This document shows positions 50,182 to 60,760 of a stretch of DNA of 64,000 bases, in pieces. The notes under the pieces were generated by a model. It worked only from the letters and a program-made list of their open reading frames with translations. It was not told where the DNA came from and did not search any database. The stretch spans positions 1 to 64,000 of the forward strand of contig NZ_JAVZIN010000008.1 of NCBI RefSeq assembly GCF_038871235.1, in the 5' to 3' direction. The stretch comes from Candidatus Hadarchaeum sp. Its GTDB lineage: Archaea > Hadarchaeota > Hadarchaeia > Hadarchaeales > Hadarchaeaceae. Positions within the stretch are counted from its first letter, which is position 1. The number at the start of each line of letters is the position of its first letter. The position numbers and the translations under genes are program-made.

Positions 50182-51565
50182 TTTTCTCCCCCATAATTTC
50201 TCGCACGGCTTCAGCAAAATCATCCAAATTCTTCTTGGAATGAAGTTCTGTAGTACAGATCAGAGCTGACTCACCCAGCTCCGGAAACTCTCTGGAGAGC
50301 GGTTTTCCACCTTGGATACCTCGTTTAAGCAACTCAACATTAAGCTGAACCACACTACCAACCGCACACTGAATGGTAAACTCATTAAAATGCGGCGATT
50401 TAAAAATCGGAACTTTTAATCCATCAATACCGCCCAAGCGCTTCATCAAATAGCTCGCATTGGACGCGCAGACTTCCGCGAGCTGACGCAGGCCCTTTGG
50501 CCCTAGCGTGGCCAAGTATACCGCCGCCGCCACCGCGCAGAGCGCCTCATTAGAACATATATTGGATGTGGCCTTCTCCCGTCTGATGTGCTGCTCACGT
50601 GTTTGAAGAACCATCGTGAATCCGCGGGCGCCACCTTCAACGGTCTTAGTCATGCCGATGAGGCGGCCAGGGAGCTGTCTCAACAACCTTTGTTCACCAC
50701 GGCAGGCAAATATCCCAAGAGTAGGGCCGCCAAAAGAGACCGGATTCCCTAGAGGCTGTCCTTCCCCTATAACGATATCGGCCCCATAATCTCCGGGTGC
50801 TTTCAGCAGACCTAAAGAAATTGGATTAACACCGACCACAAATAGAGCGCCATTTTTGTGGGCTACTTCGGCAATCTCTTCCACCTGCGTCTCGATAAAG
50901 CCTAAATAACTTGGATTCTCCACATAAACTCCGGCCGTATTTTTGTCCACCATTTGATCAAGCTGATTCAAATCCACTTGGCCGCTTTCCGTGTTGTAGC
51001 CAACTTCCATTATTTCAAGGGACGGGCCCGCGGTATAGTTCGTAAGAACTGAAAGGCGATCTTTGGCGATAATCTTCGGAACAATGAACCTGCTCCTTCC
51101 TGTCACTCTGGCGCACATCAGAGCCGCCTCACCGAGTGAAGTTGCCCAGTCATACATCGAAGCATTAGCAACATCAAGCCCGACTAGCTCGGCAATTAAG
51201 CTCTGATACTCAAAAAGGGCTTGCAACATCCCTTGACTGGTCTCTGGTTGATAGGGCGTGTAAGAAGTTAAAAACTCAGAGCGCTTCACAATCTGACGAA
51301 CATGAGCTGGAACATAATGGGGCCAGACCCCACCACCCAAGAAGGAAGGCATCTTGGTGAAAGGCTTATTTTTGGAAAGAAGTATCCTAACGTGATTTGC
51401 GACCTCCAGTTCTGACATCGCCAGAGGTAAGTTTAACTTTTTTTTCAACCTTACCTCCTGCGGAATATCTTTAAAAAGCTCACCAACATCTGACAGCCCA
51501 ATCTCGCGAAGCATCTGTTCGCGAGTTTCCTTCGTATTTGGTATGAAAGGATGAACCATTTTCAC
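50150..51565 (-). CDS. gcvPA: Glycine decarboxylase subunit 1
   Basis: [36 protein letters not shown]. Confidence 0.95.
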   Translation of the reverse strand: MKMVHPFIPNTKETREQMLREIGLSDVGELFKDIPQEVRLKKKLNLPLAMSELEVANHVRILLSKNKPFTKMPSFLGGGVWPHYVPAHVRQIVKRSEFLTSYTPYQPETSQGMLQALFEYQSLIAELVGLDVANASMYDWATSLGEAALMCARVTGRSRFIVPKIIAKDRLSVLTNYTAGPSLEIMEVGYNTESGQVDLNQLDQMVDKNTAGVYVENPSYLGFIETQVEEIAEVAHKNGALFVVGVNPISLGLLKAPGDYGADIVIGEGQPLGNPVSFGGPTLGIFACRGEQRLLRQLPGRLIGMTKTVEGGARGFTMVLQTREQHIRREKATSNICSNEALCAVAAAVYLATLGPKGLRQLAEVCASNASYLMKRLGGIDGLKVPIFKSPHFNEFTIQCAVGSVVQLNVELLKRGIQGGKPLSREFPELGESALICTTELHSKKNLDDFAEAVREIMGEKNELSPSSLGL

Positions 51566-51568
51566 CAG

Positions 51569-51988
51569 TTACTCGAGTTTTTTCAGATATTCGGAATAAG
51601 CTTTGGCATCCATGAGCAACTTAAGCTCCTCATTAAGCGCGCTAGGAACGATGGTGCAAATCCAACCCTCATCATAAGGGCTGGTGTTAATCAATTCAGG
51701 GCGTTCTTGAAGGACTGTGTTCACCTCTTTGACTTTGCCGCTAATGGGGGCGTAGACCGTTGAGACGGCCTTTACTGACTCAACCGCGCCCAGTTCCATG
51801 TCGCGGCTCTTCGGTTCTCCAATTTGCTTGACCTGTCTACCAACCACGGGTAGCTCAACATAAACCACATCCCCGAGTTTGTCCTGAGCGTAATCGGAGA
51901 CGCCAACCCGAACCTGTCCATTTTCCACTTTTAACCATTCATGCTCTTTGCTGTAGTAAAGTCCTTCACGAACCTCATGTTCTGACAT
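51569..51988 (-). CDS. gcvH: Glycine cleavage H protein
   Basis: YSKEHEW, lipoyl-Lys VESVKA, PYDEGW. Confidence 0.95.
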   Translation of the reverse strand: MSEHEVREGLYYSKEHEWLKVENGQVRVGVSDYAQDKLGDVVYVELPVVGRQVKQIGEPKSRDMELGAVESVKAVSTVYAPISGKVKEVNTVLQERPELINTSPYDEGWICTIVPSALNEELKLLMDAKAYSEYLKKLE

Positions 51989-52050
51989 TCAAACATCACC
52001 TCAACTGCTAAATTTTGCGCGCTTTACTTAAATGTTTGGGGTCGACAGAA

Positions 52051-53040
52051 TTACAGCGGCTCAGATTTTAACAATTTTTTAATTTCCTCGATATCTCTTC
52101 GGCTTGGTTTTCGAGGATAGTTGTAAATTGGGCCGCGAGGGGACTCGTTATAAAAAGGGCGATTGCATCCGGCGCAGCCTGAAGTAACAAAAGGATCACC
52201 GGACTCTATAATTTTTCCAAGCAATTCGTTATCCACGCCAAAATTTGAGATGCGGCCTTCTTCAAAATTCATGTTCTCCACCCTGCTAAGGTCATTAGCT
52301 ATCAGAAACCTGGCCAGCTGAAGCCTGCGATAACTAGCGACATCAGGCCGGGGGCGCTTGGAGAAAGGAGTTCCCGGAATGGGGGTAAAGGCAAAAAGAG
52401 CCACCGTGATACCGTTATCATGGAAAAATTGGAAAGCCTGGGCCATTTCCTCCTCCGTCTCCCCCAAACCAGCGATCAAATGGGTTGAAACTCTGTCACC
52501 AAAGACCGCCTTGGCGTTTCTCAGTGCTTCCATATGACCCTTCCAAGAATATTCAGAACCCTTGACATTTCTGAAGATCTCTTCAGTTGCGGCATCAAAA
52601 GCCAAGCCAACCCTCTCCACTCCAACGCTGGCCAATTTTTTCAAGTCTTCAAGCATAAGTGGCTGACAAGAGACTGACACTGGCAGGTCACAGACCTCCC
52701 TTAGGCGTGCAACCAGTTCACAGATTACCTCAACCACGCCGGAAAAATTGACCGCCTGAATACAAACCCTTTTGAATTTTTCTGAATTTTTTTTCAACGC
52801 GGCTAAAACCGATTCTAGGTCAAACTTAGGCCAGAGGACACGCGACAACATCTCCAAGTCTGCCGTACTCTCGCGTGCTTGCGGGCAGAACCTACAATTA
52901 CCACGGCACCTGCCCTCAAAATAAGTGAGAAAGTGTGCTGTTGTTGGGGCCTCCACCAATCTACCTCGCCATAGCTCAAGTAACACCCCGGTGCCAAAAG
53001 CCACCCTCACCTTGGTCAAGCCTTGCTGACGTTCATGCAT
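52051..53040 (-). CDS. Radical SAM protein, LipS2-like archaeal lipoate synthase subunit
   Basis: CRGNCRFC; TSGCAGCNRP matches the TxGCPxCNRP motif of TK2248. Confidence 0.8.
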   Translation of the reverse strand: MHERQQGLTKVRVAFGTGVLLELWRGRLVEAPTTAHFLTYFEGRCRGNCRFCPQARESTADLEMLSRVLWPKFDLESVLAALKKNSEKFKRVCIQAVNFSGVVEVICELVARLREVCDLPVSVSCQPLMLEDLKKLASVGVERVGLAFDAATEEIFRNVKGSEYSWKGHMEALRNAKAVFGDRVSTHLIAGLGETEEEMAQAFQFFHDNGITVALFAFTPIPGTPFSKRPRPDVASYRRLQLARFLIANDLSRVENMNFEEGRISNFGVDNELLGKIIESGDPFVTSGCAGCNRPFYNESPRGPIYNYPRKPSRRDIEEIKKLLKSEPL

Positions 53041-53092
53041 GGAGTCGCGCCACCTTCAACTAATTCAATCTGTAAAATATTAACAGTTAGGA

Positions 53093-54019
53093 TCATGATT
53101 GAACCACGTCATCCGGAACTGAACAGCAGGCGTGTAGTCTTTTAACTACCATTCCCATTTTCCGAGCCGCTTCAAGAGTTCGTTCGTCGGGTAGCTCGAT
53201 CCTGTCCACGCCCGATTGAAGTGCGGCGAGTTCCAGCTCATGACGGTTGTGAAAACGAGGTCGCACGCAGCCCAGCGCGATATCAATTCCTGGGAACATC
53301 AACCTCGCTTCAATAGCCACTTTTTTGAAAACTTCTACCGAGGGTGGAGCCAGCTTTTCGAAGACAGTTCCAGATGTCGGCGACAGGACGAGTAAAACTA
53401 GTAGAGATGGTTTCGCCTCTGAAGCCAACTCCAGAGCTCTGAACTCACCTAACAATTTGCCGAAATGCAACCCGACGCAGATGTGCGGTACCACATAAGA
53501 TATATGCTTAGTCAGGGAACTCAACGAGCTCCGATAATCCTTAACTGTTTTTTGAAGACCAAGAACCGACTTAATTGTGCTGTCATCACCGACTAAATCA
53601 AAATCAGCCAAGTCGACGCCCGCACGACCCATTTCCTTGGCAAGCCACTCTGGAACTAATCCTGTGTGAGCGCTGATGAAGAGAGTGGTTTGCTCCTTTA
53701 TCTTTTCTATAGTGTCTAAAAAAGGCTCAAACGGAACATAACCCTCGACATTAAAACCACCACTGAGAAGAACCCCCACCGCGCCCTTCGAAGAGAGTTC
53801 AAGACATTTTTCATACAGAGTGGCCGGTGTGGTGCACGAAATCATGCTTTTCAGATAATGGCGGCCGCAGTGTTTACAGCTTAACGCGCAATCTCCACCA
53901 GTGATGGATATGGTGGTAAACGCTGGATGGGGATAACAGGCTAGAAGTTCACGGCGATGCTTCAGTTTTACGGATAAAGCTTTTCCATTTTTGAACGACA
54001 TTAACGTTTCCTCAGCCAT
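53093..54019 (-). CDS. Radical SAM protein, LipS1-like archaeal lipoate synthase subunit
   Basis: CALSCKHC; LGCVRP and terminal CC motif as in TK2109. Confidence 0.8.
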   Translation of the reverse strand: MAEETLMSFKNGKALSVKLKHRRELLACYPHPAFTTISITGGDCALSCKHCGRHYLKSMISCTTPATLYEKCLELSSKGAVGVLLSGGFNVEGYVPFEPFLDTIEKIKEQTTLFISAHTGLVPEWLAKEMGRAGVDLADFDLVGDDSTIKSVLGLQKTVKDYRSSLSSLTKHISYVVPHICVGLHFGKLLGEFRALELASEAKPSLLVLLVLSPTSGTVFEKLAPPSVEVFKKVAIEARLMFPGIDIALGCVRPRFHNRHELELAALQSGVDRIELPDERTLEAARKMGMVVKRLHACCSVPDDVVQS

Positions 54020-54759
54020 TCTTGTGAAGCATATTTGGGTCGAAGTTCAGCGGCGAGATCCAACTCGGCTTTTTCCATTTCTTCCTCCGACAGCTCAACA
54101 TTCAGGGCAGTTTCAAAACCCTCTGTCATCACTTTCCTAACCTGCTCAAAACTTGGTCTCTTACCCAACTCGCGTTCCACTGTGGTCACTCTCTCAAAAA
54201 CGGAGGAAATGAACTTATCCGATATCTTCTCCGGACTTACCTTGAGGAGCTCAAACATTAACCTGATATCTGGGGAGATCAAAATTGTTCCATGCTGGAG
54301 AACCGACCCCCATCGCCTCGTCTGGGCACTTCCAGAGATCTTTCTACCGTTCACTTGGACATCATTAATGGGCCTGAATTCGGCTCTAAGCCCCAAATTT
54401 TCCAAACCTCGGACAATCCCGCCACAAATTACCTTGTAAGATTCAATAATGTCGCGAGGCAAATCATCCCCCCTGCAGACCACGCTATAAGTCAGCTCCC
54501 CGTGATAATCATGAAAAACTGCACCGCCCCCAGTAATTCTTCTGACCACATCAACCCCATGTCGCCTAGCCGCTTCCAAGTCGACCTCACGTTCCAAGCT
54601 CTGAAAACAGCCCAGAGAAACTGCGGATGGATACCAGCGCCAAAATCGAACCGTATTGGGTGCTTTTCCCTCCGAGTTGAGCCGCAGTAGGGCCTCGTCA
54701 ATTGCCATGCTCGTGAAAGCATCATCCACCCGTAAAGGCAGTAATCTCCATCTCATCAA
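54001..54759 (-). CDS. lplA: Lipoate-protein ligase catalytic subunit
   Basis: RRITGGGAVFHD, NDV..NGRKISGSAQ, QHGT. Confidence 0.92.
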   Translation of the reverse strand: MMRWRLLPLRVDDAFTSMAIDEALLRLNSEGKAPNTVRFWRWYPSAVSLGCFQSLEREVDLEAARRHGVDVVRRITGGGAVFHDYHGELTYSVVCRGDDLPRDIIESYKVICGGIVRGLENLGLRAEFRPINDVQVNGRKISGSAQTRRWGSVLQHGTILISPDIRLMFELLKVSPEKISDKFISSVFERVTTVERELGKRPSFEQVRKVMTEGFETALNVELSEEEMEKAELDLAAELRPKYASQEWLRKR

Positions 54760-54760
54760 A

Positions 54761-55039
54761 TCAACTCCTCACAGCTCTCAAAATTGCTTCCACCCAGTGC
54801 TCAGGACCAATCAACGGAGTCGATACCCCGGTTTTTTGATAAAAATTTTTAATTACCGACATCAAACTGCTAAATTCTGCTTTGATTCCTAAAAGACTTT
54901 TTTCAAGATGCTCCAGTGCCTCTTCAGGATAAATGAAAAAATCGCCGCTTAACGAGATCTTGGAGATGGTATTATCATCTGAAAGCGAGAGTTCGACCTT
55001 TATGACGCCCTTGGGTGCTTTGAACTCGGAGTACTTCAA
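54761..55039 (-). CDS. Lipoate-protein ligase accessory subunit (LplB)
   Basis: SGDFFIYPE..LE..L.G. Confidence 0.88.
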   Translation of the reverse strand: MKYSEFKAPKGVIKVELSLSDDNTISKISLSGDFFIYPEEALEHLEKSLLGIKAEFSSLMSVIKNFYQKTGVSTPLIGPEHWVEAILRAVRS

Positions 55040-55051
55040 CCAATCACCTTT

Positions 55052-55831
55052 CTATTTCCATTTAGTTAGAATTTCCTCTCTACGGAATGTCATCTTGCTC
55101 AGATAATAGAGACCCAAATCGGCAAAAATCAAAAGCGCCGCGAATATAGCCAGCTCAACCCAGTTTAGTCTCAGAAATCCACCCAAAAACAGGAAGTAAA
55201 ATCCTAATACAGGTATCGTGGTAACTCCACTGAGCTGCGTCGCGGCACGGACATCATTCACTTTGGAGGAAATAAACACAGAAACCGAAACTGAAAGAAC
55301 CGCTATCAGAGGGCAGTAGATGAAAAGAACAACCAATGAAAGTAGATTTGGCAACAGCGGATATCCAAAGAGCGGAAAGGTTAGAAGGTCAACCAAAACA
55401 ACCATACCGGCAAAAGAGGCGAAGGTGACCCCTACTGCTGGAAGAAAAGCCCCAAGCGCCTTGCCCAGCAAGAGCTCAGAATCTGTCGTCGGTGTTGCTA
55501 GGAGTGGTTCGAGCTGCCGGTTAATTTTTTCACCGACAAAAGTATAGGAGGCTATCACTGAAGGTACAAACGCGGGAATGAACATAAAAAATAAGCTCAA
55601 CATTGAAACTAAACCCATTATCGTCGCTTGTTTCAGATCATATCCTGGCGTGGCAAACGGCGGCAGCTCTCCGGATAAATCCGCCGAGCTTAAAATTGGT
55701 AAAATAGACGCGATAGGTACTACGACTGCAAAGATAAGAGGCATGACCACCAAACCGTATAGAACATACTTGTATCTTCTCACGCTGGCCATGTCCTTCT
55801 TGGCGATCTCCCAAACCCGGTCAAACCTCAT
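55052..55831 (-). CDS. ABC-2 type permease
   Basis: GEK..RQLEPLLATP...LLGK; 6 TM segments. Confidence 0.88.
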   Translation of the reverse strand: MRFDRVWEIAKKDMASVRRYKYVLYGLVVMPLIFAVVVPIASILPILSSADLSGELPPFATPGYDLKQATIMGLVSMLSLFFMFIPAFVPSVIASYTFVGEKINRQLEPLLATPTTDSELLLGKALGAFLPAVGVTFASFAGMVVLVDLLTFPLFGYPLLPNLLSLVVLFIYCPLIAVLSVSVSVFISSKVNDVRAATQLSGVTTIPVLGFYFLFLGGFLRLNWVELAIFAALLIFADLGLYYLSKMTFRREEILTKWK

Positions 55832-56741
55832 CTTTGCCCACCATCTTCAGATAGACCTCTTCCAGACCAGGCACACCTCGAGTTACGTAAATGACTTTTC
55901 CGCCATTTTTCACTATCGCTTCCACCACCTTTGGGTTAACTGTTTCGGGATCTCTTGACTGGACGAACAGTTTGTCGCCGGAGACGTCGACTTTTAGCAC
56001 CCCTTTAACTCTTTTTACTGCATTCACTACCTTTGCTCCTAAATTTTTAAGCTGGATTTCAGTTTTGCCGGAGCCAAATTCTCTCTGAAGCTGGGCTGGT
56101 GAACCCAAGGTTATCAACTTGGTATTGATTATCGCCACCCGGTCGCAGATTCTCTCTGCCTCATAGAGATTATGCGTGCAGATGAATATGGTTCTCTTCT
56201 CGTGTTTCAGCTCCAAGATGAAATCCCTGACTATTTTGGCAGAATCCGGTGCCAGTGCTGCTGTTGGCTCATCCAAAAAGAGCACCTTTGGCTCATGAAC
56301 CATCGATCTGGCTATGGCAATCTTCTGTTGCATACCCTTAGAAAAGGTGCCGACGGGATCATTCTTGCGTTCCCAAAGGCCCATCATCTTCAGAAAACGT
56401 TCAATATTTTCCTCACGCTTCTTCTTCGGAACACCGTAAAGTTTAGCATAAAAATCGAGGTTGCGATACGCGCTGAGTTCCCCATAAAGTCCAGGTGATT
56501 CGGGGAGGAGGCCAACCATCTCTCTGATTTTCATGGCATCTCGGCCAACCTCATAATCACCGATAAAGGCCCGGCCGCTGGTTGGCCTAATTAAACAACA
56601 CAACATCCGAACAGTCGTGGTCTTGCCCGCACCATTGGGGCCCAAAAGTCCAAATATCTCGCCCTCCTTGACCTCAAAAGTGAGGTTATCCACTGCCGTC
56701 AGTCCATTGAACTTTCTAGTAAGTCCCTCCAGCCGAATCAT
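55821..56741 (-). CDS. ABC transporter ATPase
   Basis: GPNGAGKTT, FSKGMQQK, LDEPT. Confidence 0.93.
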   Translation of the reverse strand: MIRLEGLTRKFNGLTAVDNLTFEVKEGEIFGLLGPNGAGKTTTVRMLCCLIRPTSGRAFIGDYEVGRDAMKIREMVGLLPESPGLYGELSAYRNLDFYAKLYGVPKKKREENIERFLKMMGLWERKNDPVGTFSKGMQQKIAIARSMVHEPKVLFLDEPTAALAPDSAKIVRDFILELKHEKRTIFICTHNLYEAERICDRVAIINTKLITLGSPAQLQREFGSGKTEIQLKNLGAKVVNAVKRVKGVLKVDVSGDKLFVQSRDPETVNPKVVEAIVKNGGKVIYVTRGVPGLEEVYLKMVGKDEV

Positions 56742-56787
56742 AACTAAACCGTAACATCGTCTACCTGTGTTAGTAATAAAACATTAC

Positions 56788-57564
56788 TCAGAACTTCAGA
56801 ATTTTTTTGGCATTAAAGTAGGTGACCTTTTCCACATCTGCTTTACTTGTACCTGCCTCGCTCAGAGCCCGGGCAACTTTCGGTAGCGTTAGCGGATCCG
56901 ATGGTTGATTGCTTAGATCGCTGTTTATCAAGACGCCCTCCACGCCAGCTGAAGCGACAATTGAAACCACATCTTTTTCGGTCATCTTTCCCGGCTGAAC
57001 GGTTATCCCTGCGTTGGCGTTAAGCTCTCTTACACGGGCAACCAAGTCTGCCGTCAGATGATCGATGATAACTTTTGTCATGTCCACTTTTTGCCCCTTG
57101 ATCAATTTCAGTAATCTATCAAATATCTGGGCCTTATTTTGTCTGGGTGTGTGGAATATCATTGGCAAATCATAAGTTTTTGCTAGACTAATTTGCCTTA
57201 ACAGGACCTTTTCTTCTTCATTGCTGGCTGTTTCCAATCCAACTTCCCCCAAAGCCAAAGCTTTTCCGGAATCAAAAAGCGAGGAGATGTGGTCCAACAC
57301 CTCACGAACACCAGTTGATGGTATGGATCTCGGATGGATACCCACAGCCACCAACGCTGAAATCCCACATTTCTTCAAGCGCTCTGGCTCTAATTCAGTC
57401 AGCCATCGATGCAAGTCAACCAGCGTGCTTGGCCCGATAGGTTTTACTGGAAAATATGAACAAACGACCACGCCCTCAATGCCTGCTGCTGACATGGTCT
57501 CGATATCTTGGAAGCTTCTTAGATAAATGTGGGTGTGGGAATCGACGAAACGCATAGAATCCAC
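56788..57564 (-). CDS. TatD-related metallohydrolase
   Basis: DSHTH, GIHP, GEVGL, HTP, DH, NSD. Confidence 0.88.
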   Translation of the reverse strand: MDSMRFVDSHTHIYLRSFQDIETMSAAGIEGVVVCSYFPVKPIGPSTLVDLHRWLTELEPERLKKCGISALVAVGIHPRSIPSTGVREVLDHISSLFDSGKALALGEVGLETASNEEEKVLLRQISLAKTYDLPMIFHTPRQNKAQIFDRLLKLIKGQKVDMTKVIIDHLTADLVARVRELNANAGITVQPGKMTEKDVVSIVASAGVEGVLINSDLSNQPSDPLTLPKVARALSEAGTSKADVEKVTYFNAKKILKF

Positions 57565-57587
57565 TCAATTAGGTTCTTAGACCTTTA

Positions 57588-58109
57588 TCAAACCTTCCCA
57601 AGTTTAGATCTTTTCCAAGCCTCAACCATTTCTTTGTCAATGTCACAGAGGATGATTCTTTTTAAGGATTTAGCCTTGGACTTGAACTCAGCTATCGCCC
57701 GCATCATGGCTTCCGCAGCATCTTTAGTGGAAACACCTCCAACACCGGTGCCCATTCCAGGAATAACCAGATCTCTAGCACCAACTTCATCGGCACAAAG
57801 CAGGGCCGCCTTTGTTGCCCGATAAACTTTTTCTGCTGTGGTTGGCATCGCCGGACGCTCCATGGTCGGCGCATGAATCACCCATTTGGAATTAAGCTTA
57901 CCAGCGCCAGTAGCTACGGCCTTGCCAACGGGGACTGGAGCATATTTCATCGCTTCCATTTCGATCTCAGCGCCACCGGCCCTTTTAATCGCCCCAGCGG
58001 CTCCACCTCCCATCAAAAGCAAGCTGTTCGCGGGATTGCATATGGCATCCACTTTCTGTTTGGTAATGTCCCCTTCCAAAATCTCAATTAGTAGGTTGTT
58101 CAACATCAC
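57588..58109 (-). CDS. Macrodomain (ADP-ribose-binding/hydrolase) protein
   Basis: GDIT, NPANS..MGGG, VIHA, PGMGTGVG. Confidence 0.92.
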   Translation of the reverse strand: MMLNNLLIEILEGDITKQKVDAICNPANSLLLMGGGAAGAIKRAGGAEIEMEAMKYAPVPVGKAVATGAGKLNSKWVIHAPTMERPAMPTTAEKVYRATKAALLCADEVGARDLVIPGMGTGVGGVSTKDAAEAMMRAIAEFKSKAKSLKRIILCDIDKEMVEAWKRSKLGKV

Positions 58110-58278
58110 TACTTGTGTAGAATTTCTTTCTAATTAAAATCATTTTGAAAAAAATGAAAAAACCTGCGGAGTGCGTCGATTTAATTTTTCACGAATAAAT
58201 TGTGGTGCTCTTTTGGGAAATAATTGATTGATTTCTTGACTGAGGGTTCGGGTTTTCGAAAAGCATTGTTAAAAAAAA

Positions 58279-59319
58279 TCAGTAATGGTTGCTGAAAGAA
58301 ATTGGTATTCGCTGGCACTCTCTGAAGAAAGCCAGCGCCTCCTCTTTGGTGAAGCCAGCTCTACACTTTATCTTGCCAAAATGCAAATGAACCAAATAAG
58401 TTTTTTCCAGAGCTTTACGGGTAGAAATGAAATAACTTGAAACTGTGGATTTTAATTTTAAGATTTGAAGCATGTATTTCTGCTGAATCTTGGCGTGAGC
58501 CAAGCTAACAACCAAAAATGTACCCAGCCCCAAGCCTAGAACAGACAACTCTTCTGAAAACCAAATTTTGAAACCAACCGTTCCTGTCTGCGGAGCAGTT
58601 TCCAAAACTGCTTGCTGTTGCTGAGAAATCTCTGCATCTTCATGGGTGGACAAATCGTTTGTTTGCTCAGCTTGGTCGCTATCCGTCCCCTGAACTAGAG
58701 CATCGGCCGTGTCTGGGGAACTCTCGAAATCAACTTGATTTTCTGATGGTTGTTCATAGATATCCGTTTTCGATTCCAGCTCTAAAACATTTTGTGAGTC
58801 TTGAGTTTGGTAATCTGTGCTGCCAACTGGCTGTTCCTCTTCCGGCTGGCTGAGTGGCTGTTCCTCTTCCGAATAATCACCGTTACTGTCATTTAACTGG
58901 TCCAGCCCATCATCAGTTTGCGGCTGATCCTGAACATTGTCCTCTTGAGAAACAGGGTCTGAAAGAAAAACATTTTCTAACTGTTCAGAACCATTGTCCG
59001 GTTGATTAGCGTTATCAAACAAATCCCCAATATCGTTGTCAGATTCATCTGGAAAATCCTGCTCCAAATTGTTATCGATTATATTATCAATAGGTGTAAC
59101 ATTCTCTACACCGTTATTATCCCCATCATTTTTCTTGTCCTTCTTTTCCTTGGCCAAATTGTCGTCTTTTTTATCGTTGCCGTGATCTCTCTTCGAACTA
59201 TCTGAATCTTTGGCGGCGGAAGCCATTGGAGCGAAAACTAAGGCAATGACCAAAATTAACGCTATCGCTAAGAAGAGTGGCTTTTTCCAATTTGAACATC
59301 CGCTCCGCATCATCCGCAT
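58279..59319 (-). CDS. Secreted, membrane-anchored acidic low-complexity protein
   Basis: Signal peptide KKPLFLAIALILVIALVFAPMASA; D/E/N/Q/S-rich body; C-terminal TM LSVLGLGLGTFLVVSLA; start uncertain. Confidence 0.65.
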   Translation of the reverse strand: MRMMRSGCSNWKKPLFLAIALILVIALVFAPMASAAKDSDSSKRDHGNDKKDDNLAKEKKDKKNDGDNNGVENVTPIDNIIDNNLEQDFPDESDNDIGDLFDNANQPDNGSEQLENVFLSDPVSQEDNVQDQPQTDDGLDQLNDSNGDYSEEEQPLSQPEEEQPVGSTDYQTQDSQNVLELESKTDIYEQPSENQVDFESSPDTADALVQGTDSDQAEQTNDLSTHEDAEISQQQQAVLETAPQTGTVGFKIWFSEELSVLGLGLGTFLVVSLAHAKIQQKYMLQILKLKSTVSSYFISTRKALEKTYLVHLHFGKIKCRAGFTKEEALAFFRECQRIPISFSNHY

Positions 59320-59404
59320 TACCTCAACCAAAACAAACACTTGCGCCCTTTTTAAGGGAAAAAACAAAGGCTTAACTTTCGCATAAAGTCGAAAACAATA
59401 AAAA

Positions 59405-60751
59405 CTATTTGGAGCAGCTCTCTAGGAAGGTCAAAAGATAAAACAAGAAAACGGTCGCTAACGCATAAGCCATCACGGAAAGAGTCACAACGTAAAAGCT
59501 GTACATAGTTCTGTTTCCAAGCAGATAAACTGCAACATAACCAAGAAAAGTGAGTAGGAACCACAAGGCGGGAATTATGGAATCGCGGTTCAACTTGTAA
59601 GCAATATACGGTGTGAGGAATAATGAAACTATGGCTAAAAGGTAAACCGCTGGGTTGACGGAAGCGGCTACATCTGGGTTAAGATTTAATGTAAACGGAC
59701 TTTGGTTTACAAACCAACCCCAAGGATCAGAAACTGCCGGTCCGGGTGGTCTTGACGTCAAAAACCAGTGCAGTCCGATCTGTATTTCTCGAATCCATCC
59801 CTGAACGCCCCATTTGATTACTAAGGGTATGTTGAAACCAAACCAAATTAAAAGGGGCACTACGAAAGGATATAAGATCGTTTTTTTAACGCTGGATTTC
59901 CGGAGAACCATTAACAAAAAAAGTGCTGCAACTGAAAATAATCCGGTGAACTTTGAAGTTGAAGCTAGCCCGATGAAAACCGCAGATAAAAGGTAACCTC
60001 TTCGCAACGCAAACCACAGCGAAAGGGAGAGGAAAAATGCCACGTAGATGTCAAGCATAGCCACAGAGGACATTGCCCTCAAAATGGGATCGGTTAGGGC
60101 CAGCGGAAAAACTAGCAGCGCGGCTACTCCATTGCCCAACAATCTGGCGGTGAAAAAATAAGTCACGAGAAGTGCCAGCGCTCCGGCAACTATCCCTGGA
60201 ATTCTCCACGCCATTGGTTGGTCACCTAGCAAAAGCATTGAAATTCCGATTAAGTATTTCACCAGCGGCGGGTGCTCGGCATTCATATAAGTGTCGGCAC
60301 CAGAAACATCTGGATACCAATATCCGCTTTGAATTAATTTGACTTGTGGAAAAGCTTCAAAAATTATGTTACGATCAAGTTCCTCGGCAGTAGCTACTGA
60401 AATCGCAGGTACCTTTTCATAATCTTTAGTCACGACACCGTTGAACCTAGTCCTGATAAAATCTCTGAACCTTTCATTGTCCTCCTTCAAGGCTGAAAAC
60501 GACTTAAAAAAAACCGTGTAATTATATCTACCCATGGGATCAACATAACCTGGCTGAACACCGAAAATTTCTCTTAAGATGTTTCTGGAAGAGATGACAT
60601 ACCAAGTCTCATCTGCAACATACCCGGAAGTGCCCTCCATCCTTGCAGCTAGATCAAAGCTAAAACAGGCAAAAACTACGACTAAAAAAATGGCAACTAT
60701 CACGCAGATAGCGTGTCTTTCATCCACTTGGTCTATTTTTACCAACCGCAC
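59405..60751 (-). CDS. GT-C (GT39/PMT-like) lipid-phosphate-sugar-dependent glycosyltransferase
   Basis: DETWY, EHPPLVK, WRIP, MLD, K.TG; multiple TM segments. Confidence 0.85.
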   Translation of the reverse strand: MRLVKIDQVDERHAICVIVAIFLVVVFACFSFDLAARMEGTSGYVADETWYVISSRNILREIFGVQPGYVDPMGRYNYTVFFKSFSALKEDNERFRDFIRTRFNGVVTKDYEKVPAISVATAEELDRNIIFEAFPQVKLIQSGYWYPDVSGADTYMNAEHPPLVKYLIGISMLLLGDQPMAWRIPGIVAGALALLVTYFFTARLLGNGVAALLVFPLALTDPILRAMSSVAMLDIYVAFFLSLSLWFALRRGYLLSAVFIGLASTSKFTGLFSVAALFLLMVLRKSSVKKTILYPFVVPLLIWFGFNIPLVIKWGVQGWIREIQIGLHWFLTSRPPGPAVSDPWGWFVNQSPFTLNLNPDVAASVNPAVYLLAIVSLFLTPYIAYKLNRDSIIPALWFLLTFLGYVAVYLLGNRTMYSFYVVTLSVMAYALATVFLFYLLTFLESCSK

Positions 60752-60760
60752 CGTTTCACC

